Below, in pieces: positions 30,966-39,507 of a stretch of DNA of 64,000 nucleotides. A program made the translations under genes and the position numbers. A model generated the notes under the pieces. The model did not search any database. It saw only the letters and a list, made by a program, of their open reading frames with translations, and was not told where the DNA came from. Numbering within the stretch: position 1 is the first letter of the stretch; the number at the start of each line of letters is the position of its first letter. The stretch is from Bacillota bacterium (GTDB taxonomy: Bacteria > Bacillota > Clostridia > Acetivibrionales > Acetivibrionaceae): assembly GCA_023421115.1 (NCBI GenBank), contig JAEZUI010000133.1:16315-80314 (forward strand). The letters run 5' to 3'.

Positions 30966-32217
30966 TAATGGGTATAAGATGACTGAAGTGGGTGTTATAC
31001 CGGAGGATTGGGAAGTAAAACAGCTAAAATCTATGTTGGATAAAAATCCGACTTATGGAATAAATGCAGCAGCTGTTGCATTAACAGGTGAATTACCAAC
31101 ATATATTAGAATAACGGATATTACTGATGAAGGCTATTTCGATTACACAAAAAGGGTAGGCGTTAATCATCCGTTATCATCTAATTATTATTTGGAGGCT
31201 GGTGATATTGTTTTTGCAAGAACAGGTGCAAGTGTTGGAAAATCTTATATGTATAACCTAAACGATGGGAAACTTGTTTATGCTGGTTTTTTGATAAAGA
31301 TTAGACCCGATATAGGCAAGTTATTACCTGTGTATTTGGCTCAATATACAAAGACACAAATGTATTGGAATTGGGTTAATGTTGTATCTATGCGAAGTGG
31401 ACAACCAGGTATAAATGGCAAAGAATATGGACAATTAAGTATTCCAATGCCTCCAACAATTGAGGAACAAAAGGCTATTGCAACTGCTCTTTCTGATGCT
31501 GATGAATTGATACAGTCTTTGGAAAAGCTCATTGCAAAAAAACGTGCAATTAAGCAGGGAGCTATGCAGGAATTGCTTAAGCCCAAAGAGGGTTGGACGA
31601 CTAAGAAGTTAGGCGAAATATTTAACTTCAGCGGAGGTTATTCTGCTACGAGAGAAAAACTTGTCAGCGAAGGATATTGTTATCTGCATTATGGCGATAT
31701 CCATGGGTCTAAAACGACGTATATTGATGTAAAGGAAGAATATTCAAACATTCCAAAACTTCCAATAGAATTAAAAAAGATATCAAGAAAATCTATGCTG
31801 AATGATGGAGATGTTGTTTTTGTTGATGCATCTGAAGATGATGAAGGAACTAGTAGGCATATTGTAATAAAAAACTCAAGTGAAATACCTTTTATATCGG
31901 GGTTACATACAATTGTTGCAAAAAGCAAAGATGATTCAATAAATAATGAGTATAAAAGATATTGTTTTCAAAGTATTCATATTAAGAATCAATTTAAATT
32001 CTATGCTGTTGGAACAAAAGTGAGTGGAATAAGTAAAGTGAGTATTGCAAAAATAGAAATCAAATTTCCAGCAATAGAAGAACAAACAGCAATAGCGTCA
32101 ATACTATCAGACATGGATGCCGAAATAACCGCTTTAGAAGCAAAACTGGAAAAGTACAAAAAAATCAAACATGGAATGATGCAGAATTTATTAACCGGAA
32201 AAATAAGACTTGTGTAA
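30955..32217 (+). CDS. hsdS: Type I RM specificity subunit
   Basis: IPEDWEV; two TRDs, each followed by conserved EEQ.AIA..LSD helices; ends LLTGKIRL. Confidence 0.95.
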   Translation: MKIDNGYKMTEVGVIPEDWEVKQLKSMLDKNPTYGINAAAVALTGELPTYIRITDITDEGYFDYTKRVGVNHPLSSNYYLEAGDIVFARTGASVGKSYMYNLNDGKLVYAGFLIKIRPDIGKLLPVYLAQYTKTQMYWNWVNVVSMRSGQPGINGKEYGQLSIPMPPTIEEQKAIATALSDADELIQSLEKLIAKKRAIKQGAMQELLKPKEGWTTKKLGEIFNFSGGYSATREKLVSEGYCYLHYGDIHGSKTTYIDVKEEYSNIPKLPIELKKISRKSMLNDGDVVFVDASEDDEGTSRHIVIKNSSEIPFISGLHTIVAKSKDDSINNEYKRYCFQSIHIKNQFKFYAVGTKVSGISKVSIAKIEIKFPAIEEQTAIASILSDMDAEITALEAKLEKYKKIKHGMMQNLLTGKIRLV

Positions 32218-32288
32218 TGGCATTTGTTCAAGAGAATTAAATTGGAAAGAACTAAATATTAGCACAAAAGTGAATGTTGGTCGTTTTG

Positions 32289-32353
32289 AAGTCAACCATA
32301 TTTACGAAAATTTCGTAAATATGGTTGACTTTCGTTTTTGTTGGGTATACTAT
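32289..32353 (+). promoter_or_regulatory. Perfect 43-bp palindrome overlapping sigmaA promoter of the ATPase gene
   Basis: aagtcaaccatatttacgaaa-a-tttcgtaaatatggttgactt (32289-32331); TTGACT 32325-17 bp-TACTAT 32348. Confidence 0.75.
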
Positions 32354-32387
32354 AAAGTAGAAACATTCTTTCTTGGAGGTAAGACAA

Positions 32388-33662
32388 ATGTTAGTGATGT
32401 TTAAAGTGAAAAACTATACTTCATTTAAAAATGAATCTATTTTAGATATGAGAGCGACTGCTTATGTGCAGCACCCTACCCATGTTATACCGGTTAATGA
32501 CAAACTTGGGTTGCTTAAGACTACTGCTTTGTATGGTGCAAATGCATCAGGGAAATCCAATATAATTTCAGCAATGTTCTTTTTTGAGCAATATATATTT
32601 TCTCAGTTCATCAATAAAAAAGAAAACGAAGAATTTGAGCATGGAGAAGCAGGTATGAATATGAAACTAGAGCCTTTTAAGCTTTCCGATAAAGGTAATG
32701 AGGCTTCGGAGTTTGATATTATATTTTTGCATAATGGAAAGCAGATACAGTACGGTTTTGAGTGTACGCATAAAGAGGTTCTTAATGAGTGGATGTTCAT
32801 TGATGATAAAAAGGTTTTTGAGCGCATCGGCACAGAACTTTCCTTTGGCAGCAAGTATCAAAAAATGCTTGGCGTTTATAAAAAGTTACCTGCTGAAAGA
32901 CTTTATATTGCTGTTCTTGAATACTTCCTTGATGAAACTGCCAAGGAATTAGTACTCGGTGATTTTATTTCCTTTTTTCAAGAAGAATACAATGTATTTA
33001 CCGAAATTCTCTTTGAGTCCACAGTAAAGGGCTTGGCGGGTATCGTTGGTTTGTCTAAAAAACTGGTGAGTAACAAGGCATACAGAGAAAAGGTGGAAAA
33101 TTACCTCCGCTTAATTGATGTTGGTATCAAACGCCTTGACGTTCAGACGGAAACTATTGTCAATGAACGAACCGGAAAGAAAAAGAAAGAAAAAGTAGTC
33201 CGTACCGTACATGATGTCTATGACGAAAATGGAAATGTGGTTGGTGAAAAGCTATTTGATTTGCAGCAGGAATCTACTGGTACTCTTCGCTTTCTTGCTT
33301 ATATTCAAAATATAATTGAAATGATATCAAGAGGAGGTGTGTTCATCGTAGATGAAATGTCAGCAAGATTACATCCCTTACTATCGAAACTCATTGTGGA
33401 TATTTTTTGCTCTAGCCAGAACAAAAAAGCACAGTTGATCTTTACTACTCACGATATCTCTTTGCTCAACTATAATCAGTTTCGACGTGATGAAGTGGTT
33501 TTTGTTGATAAAAATGAGCGTGGGGAGTCCACACTCTATGCTCTCTCTGATTTGAAAGTACGTGAAGATGCTACTTTTAGCAAGGACTATCTACAAGGAA
33601 AGTATGGAGCTATTCCTATTTTTAATTATGATCAAATTATGGGTGGTGAGTTGGATGGGTAG
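32388..33662 (+). CDS. RloA-like AAA_21 (AbiEii-type) ATPase
   Basis: FKVKNYTSF, YGANASGKSN, QESTGT, VDEMSARLHP, QLIFTTHD, YLQGKYGAIP; RBS GGAGGT. Confidence 0.88.
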   Translation: MLVMFKVKNYTSFKNESILDMRATAYVQHPTHVIPVNDKLGLLKTTALYGANASGKSNIISAMFFFEQYIFSQFINKKENEEFEHGEAGMNMKLEPFKLSDKGNEASEFDIIFLHNGKQIQYGFECTHKEVLNEWMFIDDKKVFERIGTELSFGSKYQKMLGVYKKLPAERLYIAVLEYFLDETAKELVLGDFISFFQEEYNVFTEILFESTVKGLAGIVGLSKKLVSNKAYREKVENYLRLIDVGIKRLDVQTETIVNERTGKKKKEKVVRTVHDVYDENGNVVGEKLFDLQQESTGTLRFLAYIQNIIEMISRGGVFIVDEMSARLHPLLSKLIVDIFCSSQNKKAQLIFTTHDISLLNYNQFRRDEVVFVDKNERGESTLYALSDLKVREDATFSKDYLQGKYGAIPIFNYDQIMGGELDG

Positions 33663-33889
33663 AACACAATTATCACCACAACGCCTCTCAGAAACCAAGA
33701 AAGTCAATATTGGACGCATTATCATTTTCTGTAAGGGCAAAACATAAAATATTACTTTGACTACTTTGCAGAAATAATTAAGAAAAATAAATATGCAAAA
33801 GTATACTTAAAAACATTAAAGCTATGAAACCATACACAAGTGTCCATAAATTAGTTGAACAGTTTAGGGTTGAGGTTTCTGGGAACTAA
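33655..33889 (+). pseudogene. rloB: RloB-like protein remnant (stop, frameshift, large internal deletion)
   Basis: MGR...IIIFCKGKT* then YYFDYFAE in another frame, then C-terminal KPYTSVHKLVEQF*; start overlaps the ATPase stop. Confidence 0.7.
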
Positions 33890-33945
33890 ATTGCAAATAT
33901 AATTACGTAAAGAGCTAGAAAGAGGGGTGTGAAGTGTTAACCTTT

Positions 33946-34119
33946 TCATTCAGAAAAATTTTCTATTTTTTTAATTTTATCAATAGATAATTTTGTGATT
34001 CTAGATATTTTATCAATTGAATAACCTTCTTTAAGCATTTCACAAGCAACTTGGATTTTTACTTCCATTTTAGCATTTAGTTTTTCTTTTTTAATAATTC
34101 GTTCAATAGCATGTAGCAT
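33946..34119 (-). CDS. Orphan Rpn C-terminal mini-protein (RpnS-like), 57 aa
   Basis: MLHAIERIIKKEKLNAKMEVKIQVACEMLKEGYSIDKISRITKLSIDKIKKIENFSE; RBS AAGGT; homologous to the Rpn tail starting at 27202. Confidence 0.65.
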   Translation of the reverse strand: MLHAIERIIKKEKLNAKMEVKIQVACEMLKEGYSIDKISRITKLSIDKIKKIENFSE

Positions 34120-34272
34120 ATTTTCTACCTTACTTTCTCTTTCAAATTCAGAATTTAAACCTTTAGCAATATTATTTTAATCATAACATAAAAAACAACC
34201 CCACAAATACAAAATATGATAAAATAATATTGAAAAAGTTCAATAATCATGCAACACTAACGGAGGACAACA

Positions 34273-37200
34273 ATGGCAAAGGTAGGGCAAATTGAGAGAG
34301 AAACGCAAAACCGTATTGTAGCATTATTTAAAAATGAACTGAAATACACCTATCTTGGAAACTGGGAAGAGAGACCGGATAACAAAAACATTGAAGAGGC
34401 TTTATTAACAGCGTATTTAACCAAAAAAGGCTATAACAGAACTCTTATTGCAAAAGCCATATATGATCTTCATTCTACATCCAATAATTATAATGAAGAT
34501 CTTTATAATATAAATAAAAACGTGTATAGCCTTCTTCGCTACGGTGTTAAGGTAAAAGCTGACGTTGGAGAAAATTACGAGACAGTCCATTTGATTGACT
34601 GGAAGCATCCAATGCAAAATGACTTTTACATAGCAGAAGAAGTAACAGTGATGGGAGAAAAAGAAAAACGACCAGACATTGTATTATATATAAACGGTAT
34701 TGCTATAGGTGTGCTTGAGCTTAAAAGAAGCATCGTGTCAATTGGTGATGGGATACGTCAGAGTATAGCAAACCAGCAGAAGGATTTTATAGAGAAGTTC
34801 TTTACTACAGTGCAATTTGTTCTTGCAGGAAACGATTCCGAAGGTCTTCGTTATGGGACAATTGGCACACAGGAAAAATTCTTCTTAAAATGGAAAGAGG
34901 ATATTGAAGATAACAGCCGTCTTCCACTCGATAAATACCTTGTCAAAATGTGCAATAAAGAGAGGATTATTGAGTTGATGTATGATTTTGTTCTTTTTGA
35001 CGGTGGACAAAAAAAGCTTCCAAGAGTTCACCAGTATTTTGGAATAAAAGCAGCCCAAGAACATGTGAAAAGGTATGAAGGCGGTATTATATGGCATACA
35101 CAGGGAAGTGGAAAAAGTATTGTAATGGTACTTTTGGCAAAATGGATTCTAGAGAACATGCCAAATGCCCGGGTTGCCATAATAACCGACAGGGATGAGT
35201 TGGATAAGCAAATTGAAAGGGTTTTTACCGATGCAGGAGAGAAGATACTTCGAACATCGAGCGGTAAGGATTTGATGCTTCAGTTGTCAAAACCTGCACC
35301 AAGGCTGTTGTGTTCACTTGTACATAAGTTTGGGAAAAAGGGTGTAGACAATTTTGAAAGGTTTATTAAGGAACTGGAAAGTCAGCCTTCCAATGCAGTT
35401 GGAGAATTGTTTCTGTTTATAGATGAATGTCACCGTACTCAGAGCGGAAAGCTGCACAGGACAATGAAAGCAATGTTGCCGAATGCTGTATTTATAGGTT
35501 TTACAGGGACACCCCTTTTGAAAAAAGACAAGCAGACCAGTCTTGAGATTTTTGGTAAATACATTCACACCTATAAATTCAATGAGGCCGTTGAAGATAA
35601 AGTAATACTGGATTTGATGTATGATGCCCGAGATATTGACCAAAAGCTTACGTCGCCGGCAAAGGTTGATGAATGGTTTGAAATTAAGACCCGGGGTTTA
35701 AATGAATTTCAAAAGGCTGAACTAAGAAAAAGATGGGGTACAATGCAAAAGGTCTTAAGTGCCCGTTCCCGTATGGAAAAGATCGTAATAGATATTGTAT
35801 ATGATTTCAGCACAAAGCCGAGAATAAATTCAGGTGATGGCAATGCTATTTTAGTAGCTTCCGAAATATATGAAGCCTGTAGATATTATGAACTCTTTCA
35901 AAAGACCGATTTTAAAGGCAAGTGTGCAATTGTTACCTCGTACAACCCCAGTACAAGGGATATAACCACAGAAAACACAGGCAGCAATACTGAAACAGAA
36001 AAAGAGTACATTTACAATACATATATGGAAATACTTAAAAGTGTTGTGCCAAAGCCTAAAAAGACCAAAACTGAGACTTATGAGGATAATGTAAAAGAAA
36101 AATTCTTAAAAGAGCCTGCAAATATGAAGCTTATCATAGTTGTAAACAAGCTTTTGACAGGCTTTGATGCTCCAAGTTGTACATATATTTATCTGGACAA
36201 ATCCATGCAGGACCATGGTTTGTTTCAAGCAATATGTCGGGTAAACAGGCTTGATAGCGATGATAAGCAGTTTGGTTATGTTGTAGACTATAAGGATCTT
36301 TTCAAAAAGGTTGAAAAAGCAGTTGCAGTATATACCGCAGAGCTTGATTATGATGAATTTGAAAAGGCCGATTGTGACATCCTTTTAAAGGACAGAATTG
36401 GAAAAGGCCGAGAAAGGCTGGAGGAGACAATAGAATATCTGGCATTTCTTTGTGAACCGGTGAAGCAGCCTAAAGGTACTCTTGAGTATATGCATTACTT
36501 TTGTGGTAATGCAGAAATACCGGAGGATTTAAAGGCTAGAGAAGTTCAGAGAATGGCTTTATATAAAGGAATTGTTGCATTGATAAGAGCTTATGCAAAT
36601 ATAGCTGACGATATGGAAGCAGCAGGGTATAGCGAAAAAGAGATTGCTGAAATAAAAAAACTATTGGATTTTTATTTAAAGCTTCGTGAGCAGATTAAAC
36701 TTACAAGCAACGAAACCATTGATTTTAAAACCTATGAAGCAGATATGCGTTATCTTATAGACAGTTATATTCAAGCTGACGACCCAAGGAATATTTCTCC
36801 TTTTAGTGATATGTCTCTTATAGAGGTAATAGTAAATACAGGAATTGCAGATGCTATAAATAGCATGCCTAATGATGTAAAGGGCAGTAAAGAGGCAGTG
36901 GCTGAAGCAATTGAAAACAATGTAAGGAGCAAAATTATTAAAGATCATTTGATTGATCCGGCATATTTTGATGAAATGTCAGCTTTGTTAAATGCCGTAA
37001 TTAAAGAACGAAAGGATAATGCAATATCCTATGAGGAATACCTAAAGAAGATTGCGGAGCTTGCCAAAAATGTCCAGCAAGGTAAAAGGGACAGTACTCC
37101 AGCAACCCTTAATACTCCTGCAAAGAGAGCTTTGTTTAACAACCTTCATATGAATGAAGAGCTTGCACTTTCTGTGCATTATGCTATTATGGAGCACAAG

Positions 37201-37329
37201 CCCGATGGTTGGAGAGGCGATAATCCCGCCAAAAAAAAGGTAATTAAGAGTGCATTATATAATATTTTAAAGGATGAAGATGAAGTAGAAAGGATTTTTG
37301 CAATTGTTGAACAGCAAAACGAGTACTAA
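34273..37329 (+). CDS. hsdR: Type I restriction endonuclease subunit R
   Basis: RPDIVLYINGI..LELK, WHTQGSGKS, DECHR, GFTGTP, LLTGFDAP, QAICRVNR. Confidence 0.96.
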   Translation: MAKVGQIERETQNRIVALFKNELKYTYLGNWEERPDNKNIEEALLTAYLTKKGYNRTLIAKAIYDLHSTSNNYNEDLYNINKNVYSLLRYGVKVKADVGENYETVHLIDWKHPMQNDFYIAEEVTVMGEKEKRPDIVLYINGIAIGVLELKRSIVSIGDGIRQSIANQQKDFIEKFFTTVQFVLAGNDSEGLRYGTIGTQEKFFLKWKEDIEDNSRLPLDKYLVKMCNKERIIELMYDFVLFDGGQKKLPRVHQYFGIKAAQEHVKRYEGGIIWHTQGSGKSIVMVLLAKWILENMPNARVAIITDRDELDKQIERVFTDAGEKILRTSSGKDLMLQLSKPAPRLLCSLVHKFGKKGVDNFERFIKELESQPSNAVGELFLFIDECHRTQSGKLHRTMKAMLPNAVFIGFTGTPLLKKDKQTSLEIFGKYIHTYKFNEAVEDKVILDLMYDARDIDQKLTSPAKVDEWFEIKTRGLNEFQKAELRKRWGTMQKVLSARSRMEKIVIDIVYDFSTKPRINSGDGNAILVASEIYEACRYYELFQKTDFKGKCAIVTSYNPSTRDITTENTGSNTETEKEYIYNTYMEILKSVVPKPKKTKTETYEDNVKEKFLKEPANMKLIIVVNKLLTGFDAPSCTYIYLDKSMQDHGLFQAICRVNRLDSDDKQFGYVVDYKDLFKKVEKAVAVYTAELDYDEFEKADCDILLKDRIGKGRERLEETIEYLAFLCEPVKQPKGTLEYMHYFCGNAEIPEDLKAREVQRMALYKGIVALIRAYANIADDMEAAGYSEKEIAEIKKLLDFYLKLREQIKLTSNETIDFKTYEADMRYLIDSYIQADDPRNISPFSDMSLIEVIVNTGIADAINSMPNDVKGSKEAVAEAIENNVRSKIIKDHLIDPAYFDEMSALLNAVIKERKDNAISYEEYLKKIAELAKNVQQGKRDSTPATLNTPAKRALFNNLHMNEELALSVHYAIMEHKPDGWRGDNPAKKKVIKSALYNILKDEDEVERIFAIVEQQNEY

Positions 37330-37330
37330 A

Positions 37331-38044
37331 ATGGAACAGATAAAACTTGGAGATATAATAATAGAAGTTGAGCAAAAGGATATAAAAAATATACATTTAA
37401 GTGTTTATCCTCCTTTGGGTGCAGTTCGTATAGCTGCACCTTTGAAACTTGATATGGATACTATAAGAGTGTATGCACTTTCAAAATTAAATTGGATAAG
37501 GAAGCAGCAGGAAAAATTCCGTGGACAGGTTAGAGAAGCACCTAGGGAATATTTAAATAGAGAAAGTCACTTCTTTAGAGGAAAGAGATATCTTTTGAAA
37601 GTTGTTGAAAAGGATGCACCACCCAAAATTGAACTTAAGCATAAGACAATGATTTTGCGTGTGCGTCCTGATACCTCAATGGAAAAAAGACAGATAATAA
37701 TTGATGAGTGGTACAGAGCACAACTTAAAGCCCTAATTCCGCCACTGATTGAAAAATGGGAAAAAGTTATTAAAGTAAAAGTCAACGATTTTGGAATCAG
37801 AAGAATGAAGACAAAATGGGGGACTTGTAATACTGAAGTGGGGCGTATATGGATTAATCTTGAGCTCGCGAAGAAACCTCCTCAATGTCTTGAGTATATT
37901 GTGGTACATGAAATGGTACATCTTCTAGAAAGAAAGCATAATGATGCTTTTGTAGCGTATATGGACAAGTTTTTACTTAAATGGAAGTACTATAAGGATG
38001 AGTTGAACCAGTTGCCTGTGAGGCATGAGAAGTGGAAGTATTAG
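37331..38044 (+). CDS. YgjP-like/DUF45 (M48 family) metal-dependent hydrolase
   Basis: MKTKWGTC, YIVVHEMVHLLERKH; usual position after hsdR. Confidence 0.9.
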   Translation: MEQIKLGDIIIEVEQKDIKNIHLSVYPPLGAVRIAAPLKLDMDTIRVYALSKLNWIRKQQEKFRGQVREAPREYLNRESHFFRGKRYLLKVVEKDAPPKIELKHKTMILRVRPDTSMEKRQIIIDEWYRAQLKALIPPLIEKWEKVIKVKVNDFGIRRMKTKWGTCNTEVGRIWINLELAKKPPQCLEYIVVHEMVHLLERKHNDAFVAYMDKFLLKWKYYKDELNQLPVRHEKWKY

Positions 38045-38138
38045 TGAATTAAACGAGTTGGATTTATTGACATTGTTAAATAAATATGAATGATCCATCA
38101 GGAAGCTTTGTATTGCCGATGCTGATCGAATTGGGAAA

Positions 38139-39356
38139 ATGGGGGTAAATTCTGTGAGTGAAAAAAATAAGCCAAAAAAAAATAAGCATTTATATAAATT
38201 GCCACCGTGTCCGGCTTACGATATTGAGGGAATGCAAAGCTGGCTAAGTGATATGGCGAAGGACGGATTGCTTTTGAGCAAGTATGGTTTCTTTGCAGGC
38301 TTTGCTATATTTGAAAAAACTGAGCCTTGTACTATAAAATATCGTCTAGAAGTAGCACCTAAGACAAGCGTTTGGGCTGACAACGATGGAGAGCCTGATG
38401 AAGATACTTTAGAGGTCAATGAGCTTTATGGATGGGAGTATGTAGCTTACAGAGGACAGTTTTATATTTATCGTTCGAAAGAGTTGGAAGCTCGTGAATT
38501 AAATACCGATTCTAAAGTACAGGTCATGGCAATTAATAAAGTACGTAGCCGTGAGCGCAATTCGGTTGTTTTTTATCTTTTATGGATAATCTTCTATTTG
38601 TATATGAATAACTGTCTGATAACTATGTTGAATCAAGGAACATGGTTTGCGCTTTATAGCATGCTGTTGATAATTTTTATTATTGTAGGTGCACTTAAAC
38701 GTTTTATTCATCTTGGAAAATTAAGAAGGAAGCTTCTTGAGGGAGTAAAGCTGAATCATCACAAGGCATGGAAAAGAAGGGCATTAAATTACCGTATAGG
38801 CAAATTGCTTTTTCCTGTACTTATTATTCTTTGGTTTGGAATTCTATTTCATAAAGGGTACAATTCTCTCACAGATGTTGGGAAAATGCCACTTGCAAAT
38901 TATGGCGAAGACCCTCCATTTGCTACCATAGCGGATTTTGAACCAAAGGGTGAATATGAACAGAAGGATTTTGCTGGCTTCAATAAAGTACAACAATGGA
39001 GTGATTGGCTTGCACCGGTTGCAATAAAGTGGGATGAAGAGGCATCCGTTAAGCTCCCAGATGGTAGAGAATTATCAGGTTTTTTGAATGTGGATTATTA
39101 TGAAACTTTGGCACCATGGCTTGCACGGGAAGTTGCGCGGGAATTTTTACATAAGGATAGGCGTTATAAAAGATACGAAAAGATAGCATTGCCGGAGCTG
39201 GAGGTTGACTATGCCGTTGCATATATGAGCCCTTTTCCTACACTTGTTATTCAAAACGGAAATAAAGTGATACGCGTATCTTTTTCTCATAATCAATCCC
39301 AATATGAGCTTTCATTAGGTGAATTGGCAAAGCTTATGGCAAACAGTATTAATTAA
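38139..39356 (+). CDS. DUF2812 domain-containing membrane protein
   Basis: WLSDMAKDG, KYRLE, GWEYV..FYIY, three TMs; start may be GTG 38154. Confidence 0.75.
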   Translation: MGVNSVSEKNKPKKNKHLYKLPPCPAYDIEGMQSWLSDMAKDGLLLSKYGFFAGFAIFEKTEPCTIKYRLEVAPKTSVWADNDGEPDEDTLEVNELYGWEYVAYRGQFYIYRSKELEARELNTDSKVQVMAINKVRSRERNSVVFYLLWIIFYLYMNNCLITMLNQGTWFALYSMLLIIFIIVGALKRFIHLGKLRRKLLEGVKLNHHKAWKRRALNYRIGKLLFPVLIILWFGILFHKGYNSLTDVGKMPLANYGEDPPFATIADFEPKGEYEQKDFAGFNKVQQWSDWLAPVAIKWDEEASVKLPDGRELSGFLNVDYYETLAPWLAREVAREFLHKDRRYKRYEKIALPELEVDYAVAYMSPFPTLVIQNGNKVIRVSFSHNQSQYELSLGELAKLMANSIN

Positions 39357-39399
39357 AAATTCCATGGAAAAATCGGAGGATAATCTTTGAACTAAAATC

Positions 39400-39469
39400 C
39401 TAGATAGATGAATTGCTAATAAAATTTAATATGTATATAATAGTATATAGTAAATTATTGAAATTGCTG
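39400..39469 (+). repeat. Duplicated sigmaA promoter cassette, copy 2
   Basis: 62/70 identical to 15801-15870. Confidence 0.8.
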
Positions 39470-39507
39470 ATAAAAGCATAATAAATAAGAATTATGAGGT
39501 TTTTTAT

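Noticed and set aside
32210..32404. 64-aa ORF between hsdS and the ATPase
   Set aside because: It runs through the palindrome and promoter and has no RBS or motif
30955..34272. Phase-variable hsdS shufflon
   Set aside because: Only one hsdS, no silent TRD copies and no recombinase; the 43-bp palindrome is outside the gene
38045..38150. Remnant of a PadR regulator ahead of the DUF2812 gene
   Set aside because: Expected from usual gene pairing, but the sequence is too short and ambiguous to support it
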